From NCBI GenBank assembly GCA_965153285.1, contig OZ229114.1: a stretch of DNA of 64,000 nt. One strand, 5' to 3'. The notes under the pieces are model-generated. The model had not been told where the DNA came from. It did no database searches and was given only the letters and a program-made list of their open reading frames with translations. Made by a program: the position numbers and the translations under genes. This DNA comes from Podarcis tiliguerta (taxonomy: Eukaryota). This document shows positions 1 to 12,947 of this stretch, piece after piece (within the stretch, counting starts at the first letter, position 1; each line of letters begins with the position of its first letter).

Positions 1-56
1 TCAAGTTAAGTATGGACCTCCAGAATGAATTAAGTACTTAACCCGAGGTACCACTG
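1..56. mobile_element. Right end of a Tc1/mariner (Tigger-like) MITE, truncated by the window edge
   Basis: Ends ...TAACCCGAGGTACCACTG followed by TA; near-identical to the right end of the complete copy at 50710-50934. Confidence 0.8.
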
Positions 57-864
57 TACCACTCCTTATAGCTCTACAACTATGCCAGTGATGATGCCTG
101 TAGCATTTAGACTTTTTTTGCCGTAGTTGGACTGACAGTGGAACACAAAACTCTCTCTCTCACACACACCTCTCCAGTTCCCTCTGCACTGCCATTCTTT
201 GCCATATCTCACTGCCAGCTCTTCTCTAATATCCTGTCCATTGTTCCCAGCTCCCTGGGCTGCTGCCCCCTCTCCACAGCCTCTATTCCTTGCAGAGTCA
301 CTTGCTGCCGCTTTCTGCCCCACCCACCTTTGCCACTCTCTCCCCATTGCCAGCCCCCATTCCTGTTGCTGTTCTCCTTGCTGTTTCGACACCTCCCGAT
401 TTAGTATAAACTGCCAATATCATTAGCACTCTTTATTCTTTTTGCATTGTTAATGGGGAGAAGACAACAACTCGAGCAGGAGGCATCAGGGCATCATTTT
501 TCATATCCCGGATTCCTGCTGCCTTTTCGCCCTTCATTGTGTCTATTCAGCCAGACGCAGACCAGGGATAGGCAATACAGAGCAATTCAGTGAGCACAGC
601 CAAGGGCCAAGAGAGGGCTCCACGAAACAGAATGCCTTCTCTATTATTCAGAGATCTCGCCAATAACAACGGTGGCTTAAAGTGGCAGCGCCGGAGATGT
701 CCTGTCTGTTGTACCTTCATGGTTATTTGTGCTCATGGTGGCATTTGGGGCAGTTATACAGGATCCTGCTTTTAAAACTGCTGTACGCCGCCCTAATCTC
801 TGAGAGGTGAGAGAACTCAGGGGTACCAGCACTTGTAGGCATTCGTCTTTCTGGAGTGACAGCA

Positions 865-950
865 GATGTCATGGATGCTTTCGCTGACATTCCTGCATTG
901 CAGGGAGTTGGACTAGGCAACCCTCGAGTCCCTTCCAACTCTACGATTCT
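865..950 (+). mobile_element. CR1-type LINE 3' end fragment
   Basis: CATTCCTGCATTGCAGGGAGTTGGACTAG...GTCCCTTCCAACTCTACGATTCT; same motif recurs at 18100-18165, 22247-22370, 41020-41216 and 47373-47527. Confidence 0.6.
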
Positions 951-3237
951 AAAAGAAGAAAAGGCTAAGGAGTAAACCCTACATAAATCTGGAGAGGAGT
1001 CTCTGTGATGGCGCCTTGTATGCCTCCTTCCAACATCTCCTGCAGCCAAGCTGGTGCCAAGTGTATTGCTCTACTTTCCTTTGGACCACATCAGTGAGGC
1101 CGAGAGGAAGGTATTGTCATTTGGGCAGCCCGGGACCTCCATACACGCTGCCCAGGCTTGCGCTCTGTGGGGTTACTTCAGCACTGCTAATGCAGTGGTT
1201 TGACTTCACCCCCGGAGGCACACTCCATTGTCTGTTGAGACAGACAAATGGCAACTGTAGCCTTCTAAAAGCAGTAGCTCAGGGGGTCATCACCAAAGGT
1301 AAAGACTCCCACTCCCAACACAACTGTTAGGAGCCCATTCCAAGATCTGTCATTCCTGCTACCCTTCATGGTCCTCTGGATGGTGACAGTATCCCCCTAA
1401 TTAAAATAGGAGGTCCTCCCTAAATGTGTGGTGTGAGCAGATGGCATTGGAAGATGACCCACCACAGGCCAGCCACTGGTTGGCTGAGAATGATTATTAT
1501 TATTTATTAAAACTGTATACCACTCTTCATCCAAAGACCTTCATCTGTGGAGAATGCACACGTGGGTTTCTTTGGGCTTCTTTGTTTACCTTGTCTTATC
1601 TCTTATGGGAATGAAACAGGAGCAGAACCGCCAGGACACCAGAATAAGTTGAGGTACCCCTAGATGGATGTGGTAAAACAAGTTGGAAATTAGGCAGTAA
1701 AGTCCTGAGGATACGACTTCAGACTGTGAATGAAAAACACTCCTTTGAATGACTGCCCTGTGTAAACCAACAAGCAGCAGCAACAACTCCCTGCAAGTAG
1801 AAAACTAGGACAGTGGGGAAATGGCTGAGCTAGAAACTGCCTCCCTGATGTGCTAGTTTTCCACTTGCAGGGATTTTTAAATTTTGTTTAAGGTAGAGTG
1901 TACTTGGAATTTATATTGCCTGTCTTCAGTCTGAAGTGGTGCAGCCAATTCTATTCTACCACCTCATTCTACTGCATGCATCAATCTAGTCCTGTCACTG
2001 TTTGAGATTGTACAAGTGCATGCTCATTCACATGCATATATGTGGTGGCTGTGGTGTAATTATATGTGCAAGCATCCGACAAAGTGTATGGATATGTCTG
2101 CTTCTATACCAGTTCATGTGTCTCGATACACATATTTGTTATTGTGACAATATCTCCTAATTGGTGGCTCTGCGTGGTTTTCAGGTATCCTATCAGGCAG
2201 GAAAAATGAGGGCCGCTTCGCACAAGATTTATTTATTTGTTTGTTTCGAAAACTAATTAGTCACATAGTCTGCTTTCAAAGCACGTGAGGTGACACACAA
2301 ACCAGGGTTTAAAAAGAGAGAGGCATTTCCTACTCAGAAATCACTGCTGTGTAAGAAATTGTGCGAATCCTGCCTGTGGTTTGACAAACATGTCTATTTC
2401 ACCACTGTAAGTGTGCCTCATTCCCTCCTATGCACGCACACGTGTGTGTGATGTATTAACTTTTCACTTTTCACTTTAGCAACTTTCATATTATATGAAG
2501 CAACCCTAATTCTCCCAAGAAGATGAGAAGTCATCACCATGCTTGTACTCTAATATGCTTAGCTACAAGGAAGAAGCTCATAAATTTGTCCCCTAAAAGC
2601 AGCTGTTTGACATACTGGGAAAATATTCCCTTCTCTAGTACCTCAACTAAAATGGAGTGAGCCATTATGTTTGCAACTCCGGTTATAGGTGTAGAAAACA
2701 TGAGAAGTAAGTGTCTATGTTTGACCACCTATTGAATATAAATTATACCTGCGCCTCGGCTCGAAGATCGTTTTCATTTTTTGCTTTAGTCTTTGCCAAT
2801 CTTAGCTCCACTGTTACTTTCTGGGGGAGTGGGTGTTCTAGGTATATACTGCACACAGCACAAAATCCACTCACACCAAGGCAATCTTCTATTGCCTTTG
2901 AAGAGATAAAAGTTCCAGGCTCACCCTGCGCACTTGTCTATGAAACTCACATACCGATTCCAGTCACATTGATAATAAAGAGTCCTGTGGCATGTTAAAG
3001 ACTCACAGATTTATTGTAGCCTGAGCTTTCGGGGACTAGTGCCCACTTCATCAGATGCATGAGGTGTAGTAGTCAATAGGCAGGTGTAGAGACATAGACA
3101 TTGATATACATTTAGAGAGAAGAATGTAAGCAGTGGAGTCAAATGGCAATGACAGGACAATTTCCCACTGTTCTCATGCATATGATGAACTGAACGCTAG
3201 TCCATGAATGATCATGCCCAGACACATTTGGAATTAT

Positions 3238-3428
3238 AGGGGGAAGAGCCATAGCATAGTGGTAGAAGATCTGCATTGCAAGCAAAAAGTCACAGGTTCA
3301 ATCCCCTGCATCTCCAGGAGGGACTGGGAGAGGGTCCTGCCAGAAATCCTAGATAGCTACTGCCAGTCACTACTGAGCTAGTTGGGTCAATGGTTTGACT
3401 CGGTATAAGGCAGCTTCCTATATTCCTG
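3238..3428 (+). mobile_element. tRNA-derived SINE (squamate type)
   Basis: A-box TAGCATAGTGG, B-box GGTTCAATCC, body ending GGCAGCTTCCTAT; related copies at 10454, 27078 and 57500. Confidence 0.7.
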
Positions 3429-3973
3429 TGCCTGAGCACATTGGAAATTTTGAGGAAGCGCCATGGGTGGCAGTCACAAAACGGCTACTGTGTGAATGCA
3501 GCATAATGGTTACCATAACTAAAAGAGCAGAAAAAGAGAAAGGACCACAAAATGGGGATGTAGGCGTGTTCCCCATTGGCCACCCCATCAATGGGGGGGG
3601 GGAGCACCAGCATCAGCTACCACTAGGCTTGCTTACAGAGAAAAGCTATTTGCACCTCCCCATTGTGTAGCACAGACTGAAGGGAGAGGGTTGAATCTGG
3701 GCATCCAGTGAAATGTTGACATGTTTGATGTAGGAGAGGCTGAGTGCTAGTAGGAACTGAAAGTGTCTGAAGAAAGTTTTCTGGTTTTATGGTTACTTTT
3801 AACGAATTATATAGTTCCTGTATCCTTCTAACCTTAATGTACACTGCTTAGAGACTACCACAGTGTTAAGCGGTATATGATTTGTTGAAATAAATTAATA
3901 AGTAAAAGAGCAAAGAACCCCTCATGTGTTGTGAATTTTAAAAGAGGATATTTGCGAAGACATTTCAAGGGCA

Positions 3974-4012
3974 GCATAGGAGGTACTGGCAGGCACACAT
4001 GCTCACGGGCGC
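3974..4012 (+). repeat. 39-bp perfect direct repeat, copy 1 (copy 2 at 5806-5844)
   Basis: GCATAGGAGGTACTGGCAGGCACACATGCTCACGGGCGC occurs at both positions. Confidence 0.9.
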
Positions 4013-5057
4013 CCTGTTGGCAGCCCTGTTGGCAGTTTAATGTGCCACAAGACTCTTTCCTCTTTCACCTTCATCAGACTAACACAGCTACACTCCTGAT
4101 ACATGGGCTTCGACCATAATAGAGATCAGGGTGGATTATTATGAAAAGATGAGTAATTGTTCCTGTGGTTAAAGCGGGGGGATTTGGAAGAGTTTTGACG
4201 TGCAAGGGTTAAGATCTGGCCTATTGGAAGACCTGTTACACATGTGTGTGACTGCTTGGGTTGTTCTGTTGTTTTTCTGTTAAAATATGCCACCACCACT
4301 ACCACCCCAATTAGGGTAAAATGATTGCTAGGTGCAGGTCATTGTAAGCTTGCTCAATACAGTATGCAAGAAAAGAAGCAAATGCATGCAAATTAGCACT
4401 GGCAAATACTGACTCTGCTGTGGCTGGACCAACTTGAAAATGAAATTGCACTATAGAAGAGGGCACTGGGTACATCTCACACGGATGTTTCCAATATTGG
4501 ATTGCTTTGGAGATGCATGAAATATTACAATCTCCAGTGTATGATGTATTCAACCACTCACATATTGCCTGCCTGATCAATGTACTTGTGAGGCAAAGAA
4601 TCCCCACTCATGCCATACTTGAAACGTCAAAGCGTACATGCTTTTATCTACATGGAGATATATGTGGGGAATTAGAATACATAAAGCAGCCCTTACAGTT
4701 TCTGATGGTGTGTGTGACTTGAGCTGAAGAAGCACCCATTAACTTTGCTTTGCTGTTAGGGAAGTGGGGTTTTATAATTAACCCGCTTGCTTAAGCTCAA
4801 TACCTGCTTTAGAGGGATCGGCAGCTGTATGGTTAATGATGTGGCTGAGTAGCAAAGCTATGGATCTCATCTGCAAGGGGGTCTAAGGGGTCTTCTGTTT
4901 TATATCTTGGCCAATTTTTTGACTGATTTCTTTGTATTCTGCAGCCACAGCACTTTGTGGTTGTTTGCAGAATAGGCAGGGGTCTTGGCTGACATTGGAA
5001 AGGATTGTTAGGAGTTCATGGGTGCGAGATGCACCCTAAATTACTAGGTTCAGTAGG

Positions 5058-5661
5058 TGTTGGATGTAATGAAGGCTTAGAATGCTAAAACTGTGCTAGA
5101 CCAGTGTATTAGATGCTTCTAAATCCTCTGGAATTAACATGTGTTAAGGGCTAATTAAGATAGACTAAGCTTCCTTTGTTGAGGCAGTCACCAGAGGGAC
5201 GAAGCATTAAGGACTACAATGGACCAAAGGAACTCACCATAGACTGCAAAGAGGTGCGGCAACTTTCACTCAAGAGATAAAGCCAAGAGCTTAGAGAAGA
5301 GGGGGAGGAAGCAATATGGGCCAGAAGCTTAGAGAGTAGGAGTTATGTGGCAAACAGATAACAGAGAAATGGCTGGCAGCTGTTTGAATCCAGGACTGTG
5401 CCTAGGAAAGAAGCAAGACTCTCTTGGGGTACGATGCTGGGAACCCCTTCATCGTAGACTCAAGCTGCATATATGCGTAAATAAACCATATATCATAAAG
5501 ACACCACAGTATACAAGGTGCCTCATTTTTTCCTAAAGGAAATACAGACTCTGAAACCCCCAGAATCTCAGACTGCTGTGGAGTACTTGCCCCAAAATTG
5601 GAACTTGGCATCCAGGGAATTCTCCTTTTATGCCTATATATTTTTTCCTTTGCCACCAACA
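5058..5661 (+). mobile_element. Possible solo LTR
   Basis: TGTTGG...CCAACA inverted termini, about 600 bp, internal AATAAA near 5480; no target-site duplication found. Confidence 0.3.
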
Positions 5662-7410
5662 GTCTTAAGGGCCAAATAGAGGTCTAGAGGGCCACTTGTC
5701 TTTCCACCCCTTGACATCTGGACCATGCTAAGGTGGTTCTAGTAGCCTGTACAAACAGACACATCCAGCCTAAGCCCTCACGGATCCTGTGAATATGCTA
5801 CCCTGGCATAGGAGGTACTGGCAGGCACACATGCTCACGGGCGCACTGGCTCCCACGTGCTACGGTCCTACGGAAGGACTCTCCTCAACGCGACTCATTT
5901 AAAAAAACAAAAACGCAAGACCAACACGTGCGCTTACACCTGCAGCCAGACTAGAGAAATAAAGAGTAATTTCCTTTACAAGACCATAGTGTAATCTCCC
6001 TAGTAACAGCGCGCAAAGGGCTTGGCGCCCTCCTGATACCGTGAAGAACTCAGCAGCCCAGGAAGCGCCCAAAGTAGTCGAAGTCCAAGCAAGGGACACT
6101 CAGCCATTGGGGGTCTCAGGTGCAACGTGCTCTAGGACCTAGCAGCCCTTCCTTAAGGGAGGGAGTGGGTTGGTCAAGCCAGAGCCAGAACTTGATGGGA
6201 CTGGGACGGCTAGCGGAAGTGTGAATGAGCTTTGGCAAGGACCGGATGTTGCCACGACCCTGTCCTCGCTGGCCCGATGCCGCCTCCAGGATCCGACACG
6301 GGATGCACCGGCACAGCACCAGTTGCCGGGGAGCACAAACAGCGCTTGCTTGCCTGCTTGCGCTCCTGCCATGCTCGCGAGCATCTGCTTGGCCGCTGTG
6401 AGAAAAGGATGCTGGAGAGGATCCGGCTCCTCTTGGGCTTTTGCTCGTCTCTTCCACACACACACACACCACACACGTTTAGTTAGTGGTGGTCGGGGGC
6501 GTATCTGCTGTCCACATCTTCAACCAAAGTTGGAGGGCTTAAGAGGCTCATCACTAGGCAGACAAGAGCTTATGGGTAAACGGAGGAGTCGCACGAGGCG
6601 TTGGTACGGCTCAGAACCACATCGGGGTGAAGGAGGAAAAGCGGCGGGATGTGTGTGTGCAAGAGCCTAAGAGAAAAGGGTGCCAGCCCAGGGTGGTGTG
6701 GTGGGTGCTATTTGGCAGAAGAGAGTGCAATGGAAAGGGGTGTTGCTGCCCGGATGAGAATGCCACATTTCCCAAGGCTACAGCTCAGGTGTACAGCCCG
6801 GCTCCCCCCCCCCCCCCCGCCAATATCTCCAATTATCCCTGGGATGATCTCCTGCTGCTCCAGTCCGTTCATCCTTTGCTTCCCTAGGCAAAGCCGCCGC
6901 TGCCGCTCCTATCTTCACCGGAAAGGAACAGTATGGAGCGTGTCACACGGCAATGTGTGTATATATATATATATATATACTGTATATGCATTCTGCCGGC
7001 CAAGATCAGCTTCGGGGAGGCGGGCGAACGGGAGGTGGAGTGGGTGGGAGGTTTGGTGGGAGGGGGCGGAACATCTCCCTGCCCTCCGCTTGCCTCGGGG
7101 TCTCCCCGAGAGCCCATCTACGGGTGCGCGTCGTCGGGGCTGCTGGGCTCGATTCCAGCTCTTGCCACCCCGATCCGGCAAGCCACGCTCCCTGGCGAAG
7201 GTTACCAGCTGTGCTCTTGAAAGAGGCTGCACCCCCCCTCCTCCCGCCTCGCCCTCCACACACCCCAGACCTCCGCCCCCCGCCCGCCCCCCAACATCCT
7301 CCCCGCCCGTCACAGTTTGGCTCCGTATTGATCGGCGCTGCCTGGCCGCGCTTCCCCTGCAATTCCAGGTAGTAAATCAGTGCCAGGCGGCCCAACCTCC
7401 CGGCGTCGCC

Positions 7411-7478
7411 ATTGGGTGCCCGGCTCCGCTCGGGCCGCACTGATTGGCCGCCTGCCGGGCACAAGGCTTTACATAAAG
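7411..7478 (+). promoter_or_regulatory. CRTAC1 core promoter: two inverted CCAAT boxes and a TATA-like element
   Basis: ATTGG at 7411-7415 and 7443-7447; TTTACATAAAG at 7468-7478; CCGCCC GC-boxes upstream; about 200 nt before the ATG. Confidence 0.6.
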
Positions 7479-7557
7479 AGGCGCTCGCGCTCCGCTGGAC
7501 TTGCCCAAGCGCGAGAAGGGGCGGAGGAGCTCCACGCCGGGAGCCAGGGAGACGCGC

Positions 7558-7613
7558 CAGCAGCAGCAGCAGCAGCGGAGGCGCCAGCGAGCGGGCAGGC
7601 AGGCAGGCAGGCA
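7558..7613 (+). repeat. (CAG)6 and (GGCA)n microsatellites in the CRTAC1 5' UTR
   Basis: Read directly from sequence. Confidence 0.8.
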
Positions 7614-7672
7614 GCACCAGCTGCGGACATTGGGGCAGCTCGCCCGGGATGCTCCGTGGCCAGCTGGGCGGC

Positions 7673-7705
7673 ATGGCCCTGCCACGGGCCCCCGCCGCCT
7701 GCCCG
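7673..7705 (+). CDS. CRTAC1: CRTAC1 coding exon 1 (MALPRAPAACP); upstream in-frame ATG at 7649
   Basis: Strong Kozak GGCGGCATGG; donor CCG|GTGAGT in phase 0 joins exon 2 in frame; mirrors the short human first exon (MAPSADPG). Confidence 0.75.
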
Positions 7706-10453
7706 GTGAGTAGAGCTGGCCGCGACCCGGCCGACGGGGCGAAGTTTCCCAAAGAGCCGGAGAAGAAAAGTTGGGCGCTTGCGAGTGAGCCGGAGAAGCG
7801 GGGAAGGGCGCACAGGGCGCGCTTGCTTGCGCCCGCTTCCCCGGACGCCAAGCGGCGCCAGCGTGCCGGGCGGGCGGAAATGGGGGCTGAGGGTGGGACT
7901 CGGAGGAGAGCCATGGGAGCCCGGAAAGCTGGGGAAGTGGAGTGGAAGGGGTGGCCCAGAGAGGTGGGGGTCTAACTAAGGGAAGGGGTACTGGCTTCGA
8001 GGAGGACTAAAGTGGAGTGGGGGCACCCTTCCCGTTCAGGTCAGCTTCAGTTCTTGCCTGAGGAAGGACTTTGCTTCTCTGGTTGCCGCGCCCCCCGACA
8101 GCATCCCAAGGGTGCCAAGGTCTGCTTGCTGTTAAGGTGACTGCTTTTGTCTCCACACTGCACCGGCCGCCGCTGCTGGCTGTGCCCCAGCTTGGGGCAG
8201 GCCGGCCACCCTGCAGTGTGGCACAGGGGAAACGGGGGGGGGGGCAACTCTGAAGAACAACTCCCTAGGCACTAGGTGGGAGGCGGGGAGAGGTATCTGT
8301 GGCTGCCTCCCAAACACCCTGGGGGGTGATCCCTGTCGCTTTTGCAGGGAAGGTCTCCTGCAGCATTAATGCAGGGCTGGCATTTAGTGGGCTCAAGGAA
8401 GACAGCAGTGCAGCCCAGGACAGGAACATTTTTCTTCTTGTTCTCAGCAGCGGTTCCAGAAAAATATAATTTGAAGGAAAAGCAGCCCTGAAAGACTTGA
8501 GCAGGACCTGAACCCTAATGTGGTGATGATGCCACACATTAGTCTTGCTGGATTTGTTTGTGCTCAGATTGCTTGAACTAGTAGCACTTTGGAAGATAAT
8601 ATGGTGGCTTGGGCCGGTGTGTGGGGGGGGGGGGACGCAGAGGAGGTGTCTCGTGATGTTTCCAGGCTATTTTGATGCTACCACAATTGATTGGCTGTTC
8701 AGTTGTGATGTCACCGAGGAAAATGTGGGAATGCATTTGGATAATGACATTGTGAGCTAGTGATGTCACTAGTCCACAGTAGCGCAGGCAGTGTTATCTC
8801 ACTGCGAGGTTGCTGGAGGGCCGTGCTTTATAACAGAGATGGCGGTGCCACGGGGGCTATGAAGTCATTTAGGATAAATAGCAGGAACTGTGTACAACGG
8901 CAGCTGCTTGCTGGTGCAGAGCAACAATACAATTAAATTTTTGCTTCTGTTGCATCCTCTCTCTGGATGTCCAAGATTCGCCAAAGAACCTGTCTTGGCC
9001 TTGCCGCCTTGGAGTGAATGGGACACAGCTCCCTCTCTCTCCATGATAGGAAATAAAGCAGTGCCTTCACTTGGGAATTATCAAATGCCCATGCTAGCAT
9101 GTCATGCAGATCCCGCTGTCTGCCCCCAGCATGCAGAGGCCCTGCTGTGTCACTAGCAGGACCACCTACCTTCCTGTAAGCCTCTAATGCTATCTGTTCC
9201 TTGGGGCAGGGTCTACTGAGTTAAGTGTATCTCCGTCCATTTGTGTAAACGGGTGCAAATTGCAGTGTAATCAACCACACCCTGTAGGAGCATGCAAGAC
9301 ATGGAACTGCGCAGCTGCTTCCATGGCCCAAGAGGTGCTTTTTCCTTTGCCCGGTGGAGAACCAGCACTGCCCATTTGAGAAACTTTTCACCTCCTTGGT
9401 GCCATATCACCACTTTAACGTCAGAGTGTTACAAGCACTGGAGTTGGGCAGGGAACACAGAATGCAGAGAAAGGGGATCTGCTTATAACCACAGCAAGCC
9501 GTCCAGGGCAAATTTACTGCAGTGCGGGCACTGAGTGGGCATTCTTGTACACATTGCAGCCTTTACTCAAGAGCTGGCCCGTTTACTGGGACAGAAAATG
9601 GTGGTGTGCAGGGCACAAAGTCATGGAGAGGACTTCCATCAATGTCCACATTCGGAACAAGATGGCGACCAACTGCTTTTTTCCCCCTTCTCCAGCTGCC
9701 AAGGGCATCTCTAAAAGCAAATCTATACCATGGATCCCCTTAGCAGGTGACTGCCAAGATGCCTGACCCCAGTTCTGAGCCCAAGCTTGGTCCAAGGACA
9801 GACTGGACTGGTGCCTGGATGTATGCCTTCTTACCTAGTCTCTACTGTCTCCATTCTCAGAGCTGCCCATAAGAGACAAGGGAAGGGATTATTAAACAAC
9901 CCAGCAATAAGCAGGCAAAGGCCCAGCTCTCCTTCTTTGCTTGTACACAGTTTCCTCCCTTGTTCAGAGTGAAGACCATCTCCCTGGTCTTTGGGAGGGT
10001 CCCTTTTTCCTGCCCAGGTGCCTGATACTCATGTAGTATTCTGCTGCCTTTCCCTGCACCATCCGACATTTAATGCCATGGGCACATTGCACTTGGTGGG
10101 GCTGGACTCTTGCTGCATCCAAAACAAGAGACTAGCATCCTGAGAATAGAAGCAGCCATCAGCCGCTCTGGGACTAGATCATTCATTTTTGTCTCCCGCC
10201 ACCAATTCAGTTCCTTTTTGGATGCTCTCCAGGCTCCAGGAAGAAGGTGTTAATCAGTTAATCAAGTGAAGGGATCAGACAAAATATTCTCTCATCACAC
10301 AATTCATGTCTGGTAAAGACTTTCATATAGGAATCTCTGGGGAATGTGTGGTCATTGTGCCTCTGGGAGTTTTCTTTGCTGTGTGCATGTCCTGGGAAGT
10401 TGTGGTTTGCTAGTGTGAATACAAAGTTGTGGGGCTGGGGAGTAGAGACTTCC

Positions 10454-10664
10454 AGGGCTGTAGTTCAGTGGCAGAGAATCTGCTTTGCATGCAGAAAATC
10501 CTAGGTTCAATTCATGACATCTCCAGATACAGCTGAGAGAGACTCCTGTCTGAAATTCTGGAGAGCACCTTACATTCAGGGTAGATGATAGGTACCAACA
10601 TGAAGCCAGATGGACCAGTGATCTGGCTGAGTATAAGGCAGCTTTCTGTGTTTCTGTGTTCCTG
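10454..10664 (+). mobile_element. tRNA-derived SINE, same family as 3238
   Basis: GGGCTGTAGTTCAGTGGCAGA...TTTGCATGCAGAAA..GGTTCAATTC head; TATAAGGCAGCTTTCT tail. Confidence 0.7.
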
Positions 10665-12903
10665 TGATCTACAACTGGGTTGGGGAATTTGTGGTCCTCC
10701 AGGTGTTGTTGAGCTGCAACTTACCCTCGTGACCACTGGCCAATGCCGATGGGAGTCCCAACAACATCCAGAAGGCTCATTCCTCATGTAAACAGTTGCC
10801 TCCCCCACTCCACGTTTCTGTATGGAATACCATCAATGTAAAGGACTCTCTAATTTGTTAAGCAACTATGTTGTGACGTTATGCTTTTAGAGACCAGCTT
10901 GTCCAAGCTCCAGTGGGAAAGTCGAGAGCCCTTGGGAGGAGGAAGAAGGGTTACAAAGATCAAGTGTGTGACTGTCTGCTTGACTGCCTTGTGCACAGGT
11001 ATAAGCACTCTCTGTGTGTGTAGAGGAAGGCAACTTAATTAATAGCCATTTCCCTAATGATCTATCGGGAGTTCACTGATGTATGGGTTTAATTAGCCCA
11101 AACCAAATGCTGGGAGCCCGATGGTAGAACACACCATCTTTGTCACCAGGTACCTGTTACCATCCTGTTCTAATTTGACAACAAGTTAATCTGGGCTTGA
11201 ACTGGAGGGTGGTGCTAGCACCCAGACTGCCAGCTCTGTGTGATATATTGCTTGCTGTGGCCCAGCACATGGGAGATGTACCCTACTCTCCGTAAGCTCC
11301 TGCCTAATCCCCATGCCTGGAGGAATCTACGGAGCTCTTCAGACTATTTCCATGGTGAGTGGATAGAGGCAAGATCCTATCTGAATAACAGGACTGCACA
11401 TGTTGGCTCCTATCATGTTGTACCATGACTGTGAGCAGAATTCTCTTACTCTCTCATATATCAGGCACCCATTGAAGTTTGATCTGAGACGGACTTTTAA
11501 ACCAGTGGGGTATTTATTAGACAGCCTTCTGGCTACTTGTCAGGCAACTTATTGCCAGCCACACCATGAATCCCACTGCCCTAAACGTTATCATATAAAA
11601 GGCAATGACCACGCAAGCACCACTTATTCCCCCTTCAGGAAATAACACTGAACATATGGTGAGTGAGGCTAGGTTTTGGAGCTAGCAGGATCTAGCTGGC
11701 TCTGGACCAAGAGCTGAATGGATTTGGGATGTGTCTGGTTCTGGCACTATATGCTGCTGCTGGCCTATGGTGAATCGGCTGCTTCTAAGGATTCTAGCCC
11801 ACCCCTGTATCATGGGTCCAAGCAGGGAAATTGCTGCAGAAGGTTGAAAACCATGCAGAAACACTTGCATAGCCAAGCCACAACTCAGAGGTGGGTATGG
11901 GGAAGTGAACAGCAGATCTGCATGCTGGAGTCTACAATGCAGCCAGGTACTGCCACAGGGGAATGGGGGAGCACCAAGTGGCTAATACTGGAGCTAACCA
12001 GGTGTTCTCCATAGGAATGATCATAATGCATATTACATGTTTTGCTATGCACTTTGACCACCCTTTTGTGCACACAATCAGGGTGGATAAAGTATCCCCG
12101 AGAGGCTTTAAAGACAGTATTGATCCTAGCCATTGGCTGCATTTATAAGAATGCTCCAAGCTGGCAGCCCCAGAAAAAGAAGCTGCTGCTTATTAGCGTA
12201 AGTTGTCAAGTTTCCATATGCACACAATGACAGAATGAGAAAGTGCCTCCCCTGCCAAGCTCCTGGCTATCCTGATTGCATGTACAGATTTGGAAAGGGG
12301 TGGCTTTAACCAGTTTTAAGGAATAGCTCCATTAATTATGAAAATGCACCCTCAAGTGCAGGAGGGTGGTTCTGATCTGAGACGCCTGCTAAACAGCCCC
12401 TTGAACTGGGAAAGTGTCCTCTGGTGCAGGGCACTGTTTCTGCTCTACCTCTGCCTGTGTCACGCTTCTGATGGATTATCCTGGAGGAGGAGCCAATAAA
12501 CAATCTGGATGTGGCTTAATGTTGAGAAGACCCTGCCTTAAGGAGCAGGCTAGGTGCTTCTTAATACCTTCCAGCTTTATGATGTTATGAGTCCCTAATT
12601 ATTATACAGAAAAAGCCAGGGGGCAGGGATTCTTCTAGAATAGAAGTGTGATCTCACCAAGTCCTTGCACAAATCTTTGAATGTTGTTTATATCCCCTAG
12701 TGTGTAGTTTTACTGGTGTGCCCATCCTATACACACTGAAAGGTGCTTTTTCCTTCCATGTGTTTATATACTTCTCATAACAAATAGGAGAGCCCATGGC
12801 CAGCTTTAGATTCAATCCAGATGGGTGGGGTATAATTAATTTATTGTTATTATTATTATTATTATTCTACAGATGTGGTGAAATGGAATAGTATAGTTAT
12901 TTG

Positions 12904-12946
<43 letters not shown>
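12904..12946. repeat. (TGCT)n microsatellite
   Basis: About 10 tandem TGCT units; (ATT)n run just upstream. Confidence 0.9.

Positions 12947-12947
<1 letters not shown>

Larger units (their letters stand above)
6200..8250. promoter_or_regulatory. CpG island spanning the CRTAC1 promoter and exon 1
   Basis: Visibly high GC and dense CpG compared with CpG-poor flanks; boundaries approximate. Confidence 0.8.

Noticed and set aside
6116-7979. Long overlapping ORFs (up to 302 aa) on both strands in the CpG island
   Set aside because: Low-complexity Pro/Arg/Ala/Gly translations expected from stop-poor GC-rich DNA; only 7649/7673-7705 has splice and homology support
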